NCBI GenBank assembly: GCA_963745835.1
Contig: CAVUZH010000015.1
Coordinates: 32,001 to 96,000 of the forward strand
DNA from: an uncultured delta proteobacterium
Lineage (GTDB): Bacteria > Desulfobacterota > Binatia > UBA9968
DNA length: 64,000 bases
Direction: 5' to 3'
Part shown: positions 19,290 through 30,129 of the stretch, piece after piece
How positions within the stretch are numbered: the first letter of the stretch is position 1
Layout of the letters: every line of letters begins with the position of its first letter
Translations under genes and position numbers: made by a program
The notes under the pieces: generated by a model
What the model saw: only the letters and a program-made list of their open reading frames with translations
Databases searched by the model: none
What the model was told of the DNA's origin: nothing

Positions 19290-20084
19290 TCAGTGTAGTT
19301 GTTCTGTCTGTTTGAAGCTCTTGATCGATTCCTCTCTGAGCGCGCTCCAAACTAGCGCAACCAACCGGCCGAATCTTTCCGACGTGATTATTGAGGAATC
19401 TCGAGGATGAGGCAAGTCGATGTCGACGATTGTTTTGACCTGTCCCGGACGGGCGGTCATCACCATCACTCGATCCGAGAGCTGCACCGATTCGTTTATG
19501 TTATGCGTCACTAGGACGATGGTCTGCCGGAGCTGATCACGGATTTTGAGAAGTTCCTCGCCGAGGATGATTCTTGTTTGTTCGTCCAGCGCACCGAAGG
19601 GCTCGTCCATAAGGAGGATCTTAGGCTCCAAGACTAGGGCTCTTGCAATGGCTACACGCTGCTTCATGCCGCCGGACAGCTCCGAGGGGTAGCGCTGCTC
19701 GAACCCGCCAAGGCCGACAAGACCGATCATATCGAGCGCTGTCTTGCGGCGTCGTTGTTCGGGGACCCCGCGCATTTGTAGACCGAACTCAACGTTGGCC
19801 AGGGTTGTCCTCCAGGGAAAGGTGGATTCCTCTTGAAATACCATGGCGATCGACGGATGAGGCCCGCTAACAAGTTCTCCAGCAACAGTAAGTTCGCCGC
19901 TGGAAGCGCGCAGTAATCCGGCGATGATTCTCAACAGCGTCGACTTGCCGCATCCGGATGGACCGATGATCGAGAAGAATTCGCCCTCGCGAACTTCGAA
20001 CGATACCGCGTCGACCGCCGGAACTGCAGTAGATCCGTCATCCACGCCGCCAAAGATTTTGCTGACTTTTTGAAGGCTCAGCAT
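19290..20084 (-). CDS. NitT/TauT ABC ATP-binding protein
   Basis: GPSGCGKST, LSGGMKQR and LLMDEPFGALD motifs. Confidence 0.95.
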   Translation of the reverse strand: MLSLQKVSKIFGGVDDGSTAVPAVDAVSFEVREGEFFSIIGPSGCGKSTLLRIIAGLLRASSGELTVAGELVSGPHPSIAMVFQEESTFPWRTTLANVEFGLQMRGVPEQRRRKTALDMIGLVGLGGFEQRYPSELSGGMKQRVAIARALVLEPKILLMDEPFGALDEQTRIILGEELLKIRDQLRQTIVLVTHNINESVQLSDRVMVMTARPGQVKTIVDIDLPHPRDSSIITSERFGRLVALVWSALREESIKSFKQTEQLH

Positions 20085-20501
20085 CTAAGGAGGCAGTTAT
20101 CCCAGATCAATGTTGGGGGTCAAGGGCTGTCCCCTGATCTGGCCGGATCGTCAATTAGCGCGTCGCCGATACAGCACGCGTAAGTTTCAAAGACAGACAG
20201 GCTAGGAAGGAAACTGCGGGAATTGTTATTGGAAGATCCGTCGGCGCTAGGAGCCCGATGAGTTTAAAAAGCTTGTCGATAATCGTTTTAACTCTAAGCT
20301 GATTGTCGCGGCACTGAACTAGTGATGTGTTGAGCTGGGCGTTGCGCCAATCGAAACTCTGCAAGCTGAACGAAAAGCGTCGTCAAGTTCGACCGCGGGA
20401 AAGATGTGGAAAAAAGAGGTTGAGCGATACTTAATCGAACATTTTTGCGCTCTCCAACGACCGTTCTTGCGCATTCTCTCGCCACCAGGCGTCAGAAATA
20501 C

Positions 20502-20518
20502 CTGGTATAGGTTTTGCC
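20502..20518 (+). promoter_or_regulatory. Putative sigma-54 promoter (-24/-12)
   Basis: CTGGTATAGGTTTTGCC: GG-N10-GC with TTGC, about 70 nt upstream of the 20588 gene. Confidence 0.55.
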
Positions 20519-20587
20519 AATTTTTTACCTAAATTCTAAAGTCGTAATCGGGACAATAATCGATTTACCCGGTAGAGGAGATCGCCC

Positions 20588-20986
20588 ATGCTTCAAGAGA
20601 CAATGAAAGAGAAGGATACCGGAGCGATCTTTCGCATCAAAGAGCATAAGGGGTGCGGTATTCGAGCCGCCTCATATCAGATCAAGCCCGGCAAATGGGT
20701 ACCGGAGGCTTGCTTTTCAGTCTACACGGAAGCCGGTTGGCGGCAGCTGTGGCTTCAGAGCTTTGCGCATTGCTTTTCGATGCCCGATCTTACCTGCAGC
20801 AATAAGATCGAGGCCGACAACTGGGCTTTCCGCATGGCTCGAACCGTTATCGATAAAACCTTACCCGAGTTCGATAAACATGAACCACCCGCCGCCGCCA
20901 AGTCCCACCTGCTCACCTGCTTCAGCAAAATTTGGGGCATCGCTCGCCGCCCGTTTTCGACGCGGGATATTTATAGGGAACATTAA
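20588..20986 (+). CDS. Small hypothetical protein (CV_2116-like alpha/beta pattern)
   Basis: GAGGAG RBS; EHKGCGIRAASYQ..GKWVP...EAD..AF.MAR..ID. Confidence 0.7.
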   Translation: MLQETMKEKDTGAIFRIKEHKGCGIRAASYQIKPGKWVPEACFSVYTEAGWRQLWLQSFAHCFSMPDLTCSNKIEADNWAFRMARTVIDKTLPEFDKHEPPAAAKSHLLTCFSKIWGIARRPFSTRDIYREH

Positions 20987-21039
20987 GCCGCTCATCTATT
21001 CGGTCCCCGCATCCTCGCCTCGGTCGCACTAACCAGACA

Positions 21040-23577
21040 TCAAGCTTCCAGTCTAAAAGCCTCTAGAGTAGAGCGCCCAAACATGCCCCAGCATCCGATT
21101 ACACCTGCAAGCACCGTTGCCCCTGTAACTATTATGCCGATAACAATGATAGGCGTCCACGAGACGCTAGCGATGGTGCCAAGGAAATAAAAGCTCAGGC
21201 CCCAGGTTGCCAGGGTTGCTAAGATCGCGGCGGTGCCGCACGAGATCGCTCCCAGAAACAGATACTCGGCGACTATCGCAGTGATTATCTGACGTCGCGG
21301 CGCGCCCAGTGTCTTCATTAAAATACTCTCCTTCAGCCGCTGACTACGGCTGCTCAACACCGCGCTGATCAATACCGCGACACCCGTGAGAATCGTAAAC
21401 ATCGCGACGAAGCGAATCGCGCTTGCCACCCGACCCAAAATGGAATCCAGCGTGTTGAGCACCAGGGTGAGATCAATCATCGAGACGTTTGGAAAGCGTT
21501 CCACCACCGCCCGCTGCAAGGCGGCGGAAACTTCACTTGAATCGGTGCGGGTCACCACCGCATAAAATTGCGGCGCGGTTTCCAGCACCCCCTCGGGAAA
21601 AACCGCGAAAAAGTTGGGTTGGATTCGTTGCCAGTCGACCTCGCGAATGCTCGCGATTTGAGTCGGCAAAGAAACGCCTTGCAACTCAAATTCGAGATTA
21701 TCGCCCAAGCCGACTCCGAGGTTTTCGGCGATGCTTTTTTCCAAAGAAATCGGGATCGGCTGAGTGTCGGCAGAAACTTTCCCGCGCCAGGTTCCTGCGA
21801 TCATCTTTTCCGTATCGGCCAAATGACTCCGATACGTCGACCGATACTCCCGTCGCAACGCCCACCGGGGAATTCTCGAAGTTGTGTCGGCGCGAATCTC
21901 TTCCACCGGCCGATTTTTGATGGCGGCGAGTCGCATGGTGACAATCGGCACTTCTTCATGGCTACCGAGTTTGAAGGACCGCAACAGTGCGGCGAGGTCC
22001 TGACGTTGATCCTTTTGCACATCGAACAACACCAAGTTGGCGTCACCCCGGCCACCCCGTTGCACGACTTGGTTAACCAGCATGTTGCGAACGCTATAAA
22101 GGGTAATCAACAGGAATGCGCCGAGACCAATGGAGAGCATGACGGCAGTGGTTTGATTATTGGGCCGGTGCAGACTGGAAAGGCCTTGGCGCCACGGAAA
22201 CGGTAAAGAGTAAGGCATAAATTTCTTCAACAGCATCGAGACGCTGCGAGAGATTAAGGCGAGTAAACCAAAAGCCGCAAGAATCGCTGCGGTGAAACTC
22301 AACCCGTGCAACCACTGCCGGGTCGTGGTCAATGCAAAAGCAAAAATAGCGAGAAGAATAGTCAGATAAATCGCCCAAAGAACGCGGTCATGAGAGCGAT
22401 CAGTGCGTTCATAGGAGGCCCGCAATGCAAAAAGCGGCGAGATTTTTCTTAGCGATACAATCGGAATCAAGGCAAACAGGAGCGTGGTCCCAAGACCGGT
22501 GCCTATGCCAGCCAAAATGCCGCTGATGCTGTACGAGATCACCGCGTCGACCGGCAAAAAATCCTTCAGGACAACCGGCAGCAGAGTTTGGGCGCCGGCG
22601 CCCAGCGCTGCTCCGAGCATGGAACCGGCGAGCGCAATCAGCACTGCTTGAACCAGGTAGACGTAGACGGTTTCCATCGGCGTGGCGCCGATGCATCGCA
22701 GCACGGCCACCGATGCGGTCTTTTCTTTGACGTAAACATGAATGGCGCTGGCGACACCGACACCGGCAAGAAGAACGGCGATAAATACTGCGAGCTGCAA
22801 GTAGCGCGATAGATTGTCGGTAAATCTCGAGATGGTCGCCATCCGTCGGGTTACGGTATCGGTTTCAAGACGCAGGCGCGTGAGCTCCGGACCAAGACGT
22901 TGTGCGATCTCATCCGGATTGACTTCCGGGGGCAGTTTAAAAAAGACCCGATAGAGAACCCGGCTACCTTTTTGAATCAATTGTGTTTGCTGAAAATGAT
23001 CGAGGGGCACATAGATGCGCGGATTGAGCAGCGAGAAAGCCAGCGTTTCGCCGGGAATTTTTAACAGCTTCGCAGCGATGCGAAACTCCTGCTCGCCGAT
23101 GCGCAGCCGATCGCCGATGCGCGCGTTGAACTGCAGCATAACCGTTTCATCGACGAAGGCATTGGCGCCGCTTTGAAAGTCCTGGCGTGCTGACATCGGA
23201 TCGGTCTCCAGAGCGCCATAGTAGGGAAAATCGCCGCGAACCGCACGCACTTCGACTAGCCGCGATCTTCCGCTTCCAAGAAAAAAGGCCATCGAGGAAA
23301 ACCCAATTTGGCGCGACTGCTCGCCGCCGATCGATTTCAGCAAGTCCTCGGCTTCGGGTGAGAACGGTTCGCGGCTTTGAATCACCAGATCTGCGCCGAG
23401 CAAACTCTTGGCACGGGCACTTACGCTGGTCTGAAGATTGTCACGGAATGAAAATGACGCGACGATCGCGGCGACTCCCAGAACAACGCACGACATCGCC
23501 AGCAACATCGGTTTGATGCGACGGCGCGCGTCCCTGAAAGCCATCTTCCAAATCCACCCTCTAAGCATTGGCGACAT
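21040..23577 (-). CDS. ybbP: ABC transporter permease, FtsX-like YbbP family
   Basis: 845 aa with two FtsX repeats; overlaps ybbA and is divergent from tesA (conserved arrangement). Confidence 0.85.
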   Translation of the reverse strand: MSPMLRGWIWKMAFRDARRRIKPMLLAMSCVVLGVAAIVASFSFRDNLQTSVSARAKSLLGADLVIQSREPFSPEAEDLLKSIGGEQSRQIGFSSMAFFLGSGRSRLVEVRAVRGDFPYYGALETDPMSARQDFQSGANAFVDETVMLQFNARIGDRLRIGEQEFRIAAKLLKIPGETLAFSLLNPRIYVPLDHFQQTQLIQKGSRVLYRVFFKLPPEVNPDEIAQRLGPELTRLRLETDTVTRRMATISRFTDNLSRYLQLAVFIAVLLAGVGVASAIHVYVKEKTASVAVLRCIGATPMETVYVYLVQAVLIALAGSMLGAALGAGAQTLLPVVLKDFLPVDAVISYSISGILAGIGTGLGTTLLFALIPIVSLRKISPLFALRASYERTDRSHDRVLWAIYLTILLAIFAFALTTTRQWLHGLSFTAAILAAFGLLALISRSVSMLLKKFMPYSLPFPWRQGLSSLHRPNNQTTAVMLSIGLGAFLLITLYSVRNMLVNQVVQRGGRGDANLVLFDVQKDQRQDLAALLRSFKLGSHEEVPIVTMRLAAIKNRPVEEIRADTTSRIPRWALRREYRSTYRSHLADTEKMIAGTWRGKVSADTQPIPISLEKSIAENLGVGLGDNLEFELQGVSLPTQIASIREVDWQRIQPNFFAVFPEGVLETAPQFYAVVTRTDSSEVSAALQRAVVERFPNVSMIDLTLVLNTLDSILGRVASAIRFVAMFTILTGVAVLISAVLSSRSQRLKESILMKTLGAPRRQIITAIVAEYLFLGAISCGTAAILATLATWGLSFYFLGTIASVSWTPIIVIGIIVTGATVLAGVIGCWGMFGRSTLEAFRLEA

Positions 23578-24274
23578 GGGACGCCCCGGTCTCCTTTCGC
23601 GTATCCGAGAGGACTCGGCCGCCTTTAAGGCTGATGACCCGATTGGCTTGCTCGGTCAACTCCCGGTCGTGCGTCACCAGTACCAGGGTTGTTCCGGCTT
23701 GGGCGTTGAGCTGAAAAATCAACCGAACGATCTCCCTGGCGGTTTCGCTGTCGAGATTGCCAGTGGGTTCGTCGGCAAAGAGAATTCTCGGACGGTTCAT
23801 AAATGCGCGTGCGATGGCCACGCGCTGCTGTTCGCCGCCGGAAAGCTGAATTGGATAGTGATGCGTTCGCGCGGCGAGCCCAACCTGCCGCAGTAAATCT
23901 TCGGCGCGGCTGCGCGCGTGGTTTTCGCCGCGGATTTCAGCCGGCACCATGACGTTTTCCAGCGCGGTGAGCGAAGGAAGCAGCTGAAAGCTTTGAAAAA
24001 CAAAACCGACCAACTGGTTTCGCACGCGGGAAAGCTCTTCTTCGCTGGCTGAATGCATGGCAGTGCCGTTTAGAAGCACAGCTCCATCGCTAGGCCTTTC
24101 AAGGCCGGCGCAAATTGCGATCAAGGTCGTCTTGCCGCTGCCGGAAGGACCGACGATAGCGCAGGCGCTGCCCTCTTCGATTGCCAACGAGATATCGTGA
24201 AGAATGGTTACGGATTGATCACCGCTCTTAAAAAGCTTGTTTAAATGCTCTACGCTTAAAATAATCTTTTCCAT
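23561..24274 (-). CDS. ybbA: ABC transporter ATP-binding protein YbbA
   Basis: [17 protein letters not shown] and [10 protein letters not shown] motifs. Confidence 0.85.
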   Translation of the reverse strand: MEKIILSVEHLNKLFKSGDQSVTILHDISLAIEEGSACAIVGPSGSGKTTLIAICAGLERPSDGAVLLNGTAMHSASEEELSRVRNQLVGFVFQSFQLLPSLTALENVMVPAEIRGENHARSRAEDLLRQVGLAARTHHYPIQLSGGEQQRVAIARAFMNRPRILFADEPTGNLDSETAREIVRLIFQLNAQAGTTLVLVTHDRELTEQANRVISLKGGRVLSDTRKETGASHVANA

Positions 24275-24294
24275 GGGCCAATGTTTCGTAATCA

Positions 24295-25044
24295 GTGGTC
24301 GAGGTAAGGAACGGCGGGATGAATCGTGACAGCATTTATCGATCAGTCAGGTCTCACTTTAGAATTTTAGAGCGCTTAACACAACGCGCCTCGGCTAGCC
24401 GCGGGCTGTGGCTGGCGTGCCTGGGAGGTGTGCTGCTGTTCGGGATCGCCGCCGCGGCGCCTTCTCCGCAGACCGTTTTGTTCCTCGGCGACAGCATCAC
24501 TGCCGGCTACGGCCTCGAATTGTCGCAAGCCTACCCCGCGCTTATTCAGCAACGGATCAAGAAAGAAGGGTTAAATTTCAAGGTCATCAACGCGGGTCAA
24601 AGCGGCGATACCAGCGCCGGCGGTTTAGCCAGGATGGACTGGTTGCTGAAGAACAAAATCGATGTCCTGGTGCTTGAGCTCGGCGGCAATGATGGATTGC
24701 GAGGCTTACCTGTGGAAGTCATCCGCAAGAATCTCCAGGCGATTATCGATCGCGCGAGAAAACAGTATCCTCAGATCAAAATCGTCGTTGCGGGCATGAA
24801 GATGCCGCCCAATATGGGCGGCCAGTACAGCCGTGAGTTCGAGGCAATGTTTGCCGCGCTGGCAAAGAAGAATAACGCCACACTTATTCCGTTCATTTTA
24901 GAAGGCGTCGGCGGCGTGCGCCAGATGAATCTGCCAGACGGTATTCATCCCACTGCCGGCGGGCATGAAATTGTCGCGGAGAATGTTTGGACGGTGTTGG
25001 CGCCGGTGCTGCGCTCGCTCCAATCGCCGACGATCCGCAGCTAA
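24295..25044 (+). CDS. tesA: Arylesterase / acyl-CoA thioesterase I (SGNH hydrolase)
   Basis: GDSITAGYG, ELGGNDGLRG and DGIHP motifs. Confidence 0.9.
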   Translation: MVEVRNGGMNRDSIYRSVRSHFRILERLTQRASASRGLWLACLGGVLLFGIAAAAPSPQTVLFLGDSITAGYGLELSQAYPALIQQRIKKEGLNFKVINAGQSGDTSAGGLARMDWLLKNKIDVLVLELGGNDGLRGLPVEVIRKNLQAIIDRARKQYPQIKIVVAGMKMPPNMGGQYSREFEAMFAALAKKNNATLIPFILEGVGGVRQMNLPDGIHPTAGGHEIVAENVWTVLAPVLRSLQSPTIRS

Positions 25045-25095
25045 GAGGTTGATTGACGACAGTTCGTTGTAGTTATACCGATCAAGGAGGCCCTT

Positions 25096-25380
25096 ATGCT
25101 ATCCGCAATAGTTTTGCTAACCACCGAAAGAGACAAAACCAAGAGAGTTGCGGAAGCGCTGGCCGACACCGAGGGCGTCAGTGAAGTTTACTCGGTGGCC
25201 GGCCGCTATGATCTTGCCGCAATCGTCCGCGCTTCAGACAATGATCAGCTCGCCGACATTGTCACCGAACATATTCGCGCATTGCCGGGTATCACCAGCT
25301 CCGAGACTCTGATCGCTTTCCGCGTTTATTCACGACATGATCTCGAGCGCATGTTTTCCATCGGCCTGGAGAAAGCGTAG
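25096..25380 (+). CDS. Lrp/AsnC ligand-binding domain protein
   Basis: EVYSVAGRYDL and SETLIAF; AAGGAGG RBS. Confidence 0.9.
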   Translation: MLSAIVLLTTERDKTKRVAEALADTEGVSEVYSVAGRYDLAAIVRASDNDQLADIVTEHIRALPGITSSETLIAFRVYSRHDLERMFSIGLEKA

Positions 25381-25512
25381 CAGGCTGCTGAAAGACTCAT
25401 ATACTTTCGAAAGATGAATTATGAAAGCTGAAAACTGAATTCCGCTTTCAGATTTCCGCTTTCATCCTTCGTAATTCGCGCGCCTCGCCTGTGAGATCTT
25501 TTGAGCAGCCTG
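25381..25512. repeat. REP-like inverted repeat element
   Basis: CAGGCTGCTGAAAGA ... TCTTTTGAGCAGCCTG termini with internal (A/C)TGAA and TTCA(G/T) units, between convergent genes. Confidence 0.65.
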
Positions 25513-25584
25513 ACAGAACCACTTTTCCGCAAGCTGATCTAAGTTCTTCAGCAATTTACCAGAACGGAAATTGTGGCGAGGGAT

Positions 25585-27081
25585 TTACAGCGATCTGTTG
25601 CGCTGCGCAACCCTGACAACGACCGGGACAATCAGCAGCAGCAAAGAAACACCCAAGATTGCTGCTGAAATGGGCTGGGTGAGAAATACCATCGAATCAC
25701 CCTGGCTGATGGCCAGCGCGCGCCGCGCCTGCGTTTCAGCCAGTGGGCCAAGGATCAGTCCGATCACTGCCGGTGCAACCGGAATGTTCCAGCGGCGCAT
25801 CACAAAGCCGAGCAGTCCAAAGATATAAAGAATCACCAGATCGACCACCGACTGGTGCAAACTATAAGCTCCCAGGGTAGCGAAAACCAGGATTCCGCCA
25901 TAAAGCAAGGGCCGTGGAATCGCCAGCACCTTTACCCAAATACCCACCAGCGGAAGATTGAGGATCAGCAAAAGAACATTGCCGACATAGAGACTTGCGA
26001 GTAATCCCCACACGAGATCAGGCTGGCTTTGAAAAAGCAGCGGACCTGGCTGGATGCCGTAGTTCTGAAACGCGCTGAGCAAGATTGCCGCGGTGGCCGA
26101 GGTCGGAATGCCCAACGTGAGCAGCGGCACCAACGCGCCGGTTACCGACGCGTTGTTTGCGGCCTCGGGACCGGCGACACCCTCGATGGCGCCCTTGCCG
26201 AATTCGCCGGGATGCTTGCTCAATTTTTTTTCGGTTGCATACGATAAGAATGTTGGAATCTCGGCGCCGCCTGCCGGTATGGAGCCGAACGGAAAGCCGA
26301 TAGCGGTCGCCCGCAGCCATGCCGGCACCGATCTTTTCCAGTCCTCTTTGGACATCCACAGCGAACCTTTCAATTGTTCCAGCTTTTCTTCCAACCGGCT
26401 GGTGTATGCGGCAACGTAGAGCGCTTCGCCCACCGCGAACAATCCGACTGCGAGCACGACGACGTCGATACCATCGAGCAATTCGGGTACGCCGAAGGCA
26501 AATCGGGACCTGCCGGTCTGGCTGTCGATGCCAATGACGCCGAGCAGCAGCCCGAGAAACAAACTGGTCAAGCCGCGCACCGTCGAACTGCCGATCACCG
26601 CCGCTACCGTGGTGAACGCAAAGATCATCAATGCAAAATACTCGGCAGGCCCAAACTTCAGAGCGACCTCGACAACCAAGGGAGCGAGCAAGGTCACCAG
26701 CACGGTCGCAATAGTGCCGGCGACGAATGAGCCGATGGCAGCGGTGGCAAGCGCGGGTCCGGCGCGGCCCTTTTTCGCCATCAAATTGCCCTCCAGAGCC
26801 GTGGCGATGGAGGCCGATTCTCCGGGGGTATTTAGTAAAATCGTAGTGGTCGATCCGCCGTACATAGCGCCGTAATAGATGCCTGCAAACATGATCAGCG
26901 CGCCGGTGGGATCGAGTCTGACGGTCAGCGGCATGAGCATCGCGACGGTGAGAGCGGGGCCGACTCCCGGCAGCACGCCGATAAACGTCCCGAGCATCAC
27001 CCCGATGAATCCCCATAAGAGATTGAGCGGCGTCAGTGCGACACTGAAACCCTGGAGAAGTGAGCTGAAGGTTTCAGCCAT
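25585..27081 (-). CDS. tctA: Tripartite tricarboxylate transporter large permease
   Basis: [24 protein letters not shown] and LTLGIP motifs. Confidence 0.95.
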   Translation of the reverse strand: MAETFSSLLQGFSVALTPLNLLWGFIGVMLGTFIGVLPGVGPALTVAMLMPLTVRLDPTGALIMFAGIYYGAMYGGSTTTILLNTPGESASIATALEGNLMAKKGRAGPALATAAIGSFVAGTIATVLVTLLAPLVVEVALKFGPAEYFALMIFAFTTVAAVIGSSTVRGLTSLFLGLLLGVIGIDSQTGRSRFAFGVPELLDGIDVVVLAVGLFAVGEALYVAAYTSRLEEKLEQLKGSLWMSKEDWKRSVPAWLRATAIGFPFGSIPAGGAEIPTFLSYATEKKLSKHPGEFGKGAIEGVAGPEAANNASVTGALVPLLTLGIPTSATAAILLSAFQNYGIQPGPLLFQSQPDLVWGLLASLYVGNVLLLILNLPLVGIWVKVLAIPRPLLYGGILVFATLGAYSLHQSVVDLVILYIFGLLGFVMRRWNIPVAPAVIGLILGPLAETQARRALAISQGDSMVFLTQPISAAILGVSLLLLIVPVVVRVAQRNRSL

Positions 27082-27087
27082 CGGAGG

Positions 27088-27589
27088 CTAAATCCCCGCG
27101 CCGCGCATAATCGGAGCCAACCAACCCGGCGGCAGGTTCACGTTTAGGAATTTCACGAAGAAAAGAAAGACTGCAAGGCCAAGTGCCAGGCCGATGGCGA
27201 AATCTCGCGGGTATCGCCTGCTGCCGAAGCCTCGGGCAACGCAAGTGAACAGAGTCGCCTGCGCCAGCACGAAGCCTGCGCGGTGAATCAACAGCATCTG
27301 CGCGATCAGGCCGATGCTGACCCAGATGAAAGCGGAGGGAGAAAAGTCGTGCTCGCCGCGGGCGTCAGGGCTGTCCGGCACGGCGTTGCGCCAGCCGCCA
27401 AAGACAGCCTCATAGAGCAGCCACAATCCCAGGACAATAAGTCCCCCGGCAATCACGGCGGGGGCGACGTTTGGTCCGATCCGCGCGTAGCCGCCCGCCC
27501 CTGACAGGCCTGGCAGTGCCAATGGCCACCGCAATCCCCAACGACAAGATGGCCAGAGATAGCACCAGCTCGGCCGGTTTGGCTTTCAT
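27088..27589 (-). CDS. tctB: Tripartite tricarboxylate transporter small permease, +1 frameshift near 27510
   Basis: ATG 27589 gives MKAKPAELVLSLAILSLGIAVAIGTA; removing one base joins it to GLSGAGGYARIGP...LNVNLPPG. Confidence 0.85.
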
Positions 27590-27601
27590 GGGTCGAGCCG
27601 G

Positions 27602-28552
27602 CTACTTATTCTTGATGCCCAGCGAATCGATGATCCCACCGATGCGTTTGGTGTCCTCATCGATGAATTTTTTATACTCTTCGCCGCTTAAGAAAATCGG
27701 CGACCAGCCGAGTTTCTCCAGGGTCGTTTTCCACGTTGCCGATTCGGTGGCGCCGCGAACGATCTTGATCAGAGCATCGCGTTGGGCCGCGGTGATCGCC
27801 GGCGCGCCGAAGACGCCGCGCCAGTTGGTAAGTTCGACAGCCAAGCCCTGTTCCTTGAGTGTTGGGACGTTATCTATCGGCGATGCGCTCGATACCGCCA
27901 GAGCGCGCATGCGGCCGCCCTTTACGTGTTCGGCAAATTCGCCGATCCCTGACACACCGGCGGTCACATGCCCGCCGACGATGGCGGCGATCGCCTCGCC
28001 GCCGCCTTTGAACGGCACGTAATTTATTTTGGCTGGGTCGACGCCGGCGGCTTTGGCGATCAAACCGACGAGTATGTGATCAGTGCCACCCGCAGAGCCG
28101 CCGCCCCAAGAGACGCCGCCTGGATTAGCTTTGAAAGTTTTGACCAGATCGCCCATAGTTTTGTGCGGCGATTTTGCCGGCACGACAATCATTTCATATT
28201 CACCGGTAAGGCGCGCCACGGGTGTCACCTTGGTCAAATCCACTGGCGCATTCTCAAGATATATGGCGCCGACCATCACCATCCCGCCGATCATGACGGC
28301 ATTCGGATCGCCTTTTGATGAGTTGATAAATTGCGCGAGGCCGATTGTCCCGCCGGCGCCGCCCTTATTCTCAAATTGCACGGACGAAACCAGTTTCGCG
28401 CTCTGCATCGCCGCCGCTAAATGACGGCCGGTCTGATCCCAACCGCCGCCGGGATTGGCGGGAATCATCATTTTCAGCGCTGGCTGGGCGTGTGCCGCCG
28501 TCGAAATCGTTACGATTGCGAAGGCGAGAAAGTTGAAGAGCCATTTACGCAT
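27602..28552 (-). CDS. tctC: Tripartite tricarboxylate transporter substrate-binding protein
   Basis: PANPGGGWDQTGR, GAGGTIG and NWRGVFG motifs; GGAGG RBS. Confidence 0.95.
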   Translation of the reverse strand: MRKWLFNFLAFAIVTISTAAHAQPALKMMIPANPGGGWDQTGRHLAAAMQSAKLVSSVQFENKGGAGGTIGLAQFINSSKGDPNAVMIGGMVMVGAIYLENAPVDLTKVTPVARLTGEYEMIVVPAKSPHKTMGDLVKTFKANPGGVSWGGGSAGGTDHILVGLIAKAAGVDPAKINYVPFKGGGEAIAAIVGGHVTAGVSGIGEFAEHVKGGRMRALAVSSASPIDNVPTLKEQGLAVELTNWRGVFGAPAITAAQRDALIKIVRGATESATWKTTLEKLGWSPIFLSGEEYKKFIDEDTKRIGGIIDSLGIKNK

Positions 28553-28646
28553 AATGCCTCCTTGATTTCCGGCTGCGGGAGCCGTGTTCACGATCTATAG
28601 TAAAGGATGGGTAAATTGACAAGCTGAAACCCCCGAGCAATAGAAT

Positions 28647-28685
28647 CGTTCAAAAGGTTCAAGCGATTTAGACGGTCAAATCGTC
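28647..28685. repeat. GTTCAA periodic repeat cluster
   Basis: cgttcaaaa-ggttcaagc-gatttagac-ggtcaaatc-gtc. Confidence 0.55.
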
Positions 28686-28805
28686 AGAAGCAATGCGGCG
28701 TCCGTCACCTGGATGAAACGGATCCATTCGGAGCCTTCACTGCGGTATGATGCTGGTTGTGGCGGAACTTGCTGCGTAAAAAGTTATTCCCAGACTTTTA
28801 GAATC

Positions 28806-28881
28806 CGTCATTCGCCAATGCTTCTATCGGGAATCCAGGCAGACTGGAACTAGAACCCCGATTAAAACGTTCGGGGTAACG
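28806..28881. repeat. REP-like dyad element
   Basis: CGTCATTCGCCAATG...CGGGAATCCA followed by the CCCCGATTAAAACGTTCGGGGTAACG hairpin. Confidence 0.5.
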
Positions 28882-28985
28882 CCTTCTAAATTCTCATCGC
28901 TATGTTCTGATAACGCAGCAGGTTGCTGGGAATTAAGTCAATTCGTCCGTTACTGATTCGGCACCTCGGAATTTTAATTATTACA

Positions 28986-29843
28986 TTACCCATCTGGATT
29001 CTTTTTCAGCCGCCTCGGCTTCGATCCTTTATAATTCCACAACAAGTGTCGTGGAATCGGGCCTTTGTTGCGCTCGCCCGATTGGCTTTCTTCCCAGGCG
29101 TGTGCCAGAGCGCCGACGGAGCGCGATAATACAAACAGACCACGGCAAAGCGGCGGTGGAAATCCGAGCTCCGCGAAAACGACGCCTGTGGCGCCGTCGA
29201 TGTTCATCGGAATTTTTCGTCCCTGGCGCTTGGCTAGCAGGTTTTCGACGCCACGGCCGATCATTGCAAAAATTCCAGAGACATGGCCAGCACGGGTTGC
29301 ATCATCGACGAGTTTAAGTAATTTCGGCGCGCGGGGATCGATGGGATGAAAGCGATGACCGAAGCCGGGAATGTGCTGAATCCCTTTGTTGGCCAGGATA
29401 TCCATCTCCTTTTCGATAGCCGTCTCGAGCGCATGTCGATCTTTTGCAGCTCCGGGCTCACCATTCAAACGGCTGGCGATGGCATTGTAAAACTGCACGC
29501 ACTGTTCGCCGGCGCCGCCGTGAATATCGCCCAGGACATTGATCGCGGATGCCATGGCGTTGTTGATATGAACGCCGCAGGTCACGGCCATGCGCGCGAT
29601 CGCGATGGACGGCGCCTGGGGACCGTGATCGACCGCGGCCACGAGAGCCGCTTCAAGAAGCTTAGCTTGGACGGGTTGCGGCAAATCGCCGCGCGTCAGT
29701 AGCCATATCATATTGACGAATCCTACGCCTCCGATCAGGTCCTCGATCGCGTACCCACAATAACGAATGACACCCGGTTCCATTTCGATGATCGAGGTCG
29801 ACCACCACTCTTCCGGTGTTACGTGCTTCTTGCTTTTAGCCAT
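28986..29843 (-). CDS. Citryl-CoA lyase / citrate synthase-like protein
   Basis: WWSTSII, VDHGPQAPS, HGGAGEQ, PGFGHRFHP.DPR and NIDG motifs. Confidence 0.9.
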   Translation of the reverse strand: MAKSKKHVTPEEWWSTSIIEMEPGVIRYCGYAIEDLIGGVGFVNMIWLLTRGDLPQPVQAKLLEAALVAAVDHGPQAPSIAIARMAVTCGVHINNAMASAINVLGDIHGGAGEQCVQFYNAIASRLNGEPGAAKDRHALETAIEKEMDILANKGIQHIPGFGHRFHPIDPRAPKLLKLVDDATRAGHVSGIFAMIGRGVENLLAKRQGRKIPMNIDGATGVVFAELGFPPPLCRGLFVLSRSVGALAHAWEESQSGERNKGPIPRHLLWNYKGSKPRRLKKNPDG

Positions 29844-29959
29844 GTTCGCCTCGAATCCTGCTTCGGGCAATGCGAAAAAGCCCAGATCCAACAACATCAT
29901 TGCAAGTTATCATCCCGCAGGCATGCAGCACATCCGCCGCCAGCAAAATGGTTTCTATT

Positions 29960-30066
29960 CACCACGAAAGCGCACGAAGGACACGAAGAACGGACAATCG
30001 AGCTAGAACACGACCGGACTTCAATATGTTTTCTCTTACTTCGTGCACTTTGTGTCCGCCGTGGTG
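29960..30066. repeat. CACGAAG 9-bp periodic inverted repeat
   Basis: caccacgaaagcgcacgaaggacacgaag ... cttcgtgcactttgtgtccgccgtggtg; a related copy lies at 61242-61321. Confidence 0.7.
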
Positions 30067-30129
30067 GCATACTGCGGATAAACTACCAACACAGGAGACA
30101 CTGCACTAGATCGGGCGCGACTCTTCGCC

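Noticed and set aside
26018-27016. Long alternative-frame or antisense ORFs (e.g. 26018-27016, 39916-40740, 56473-57168, 1320-1994)
   Set aside because: They overlap well-supported genes, lack recognisable motifs and have compositions typical of shadow ORFs.
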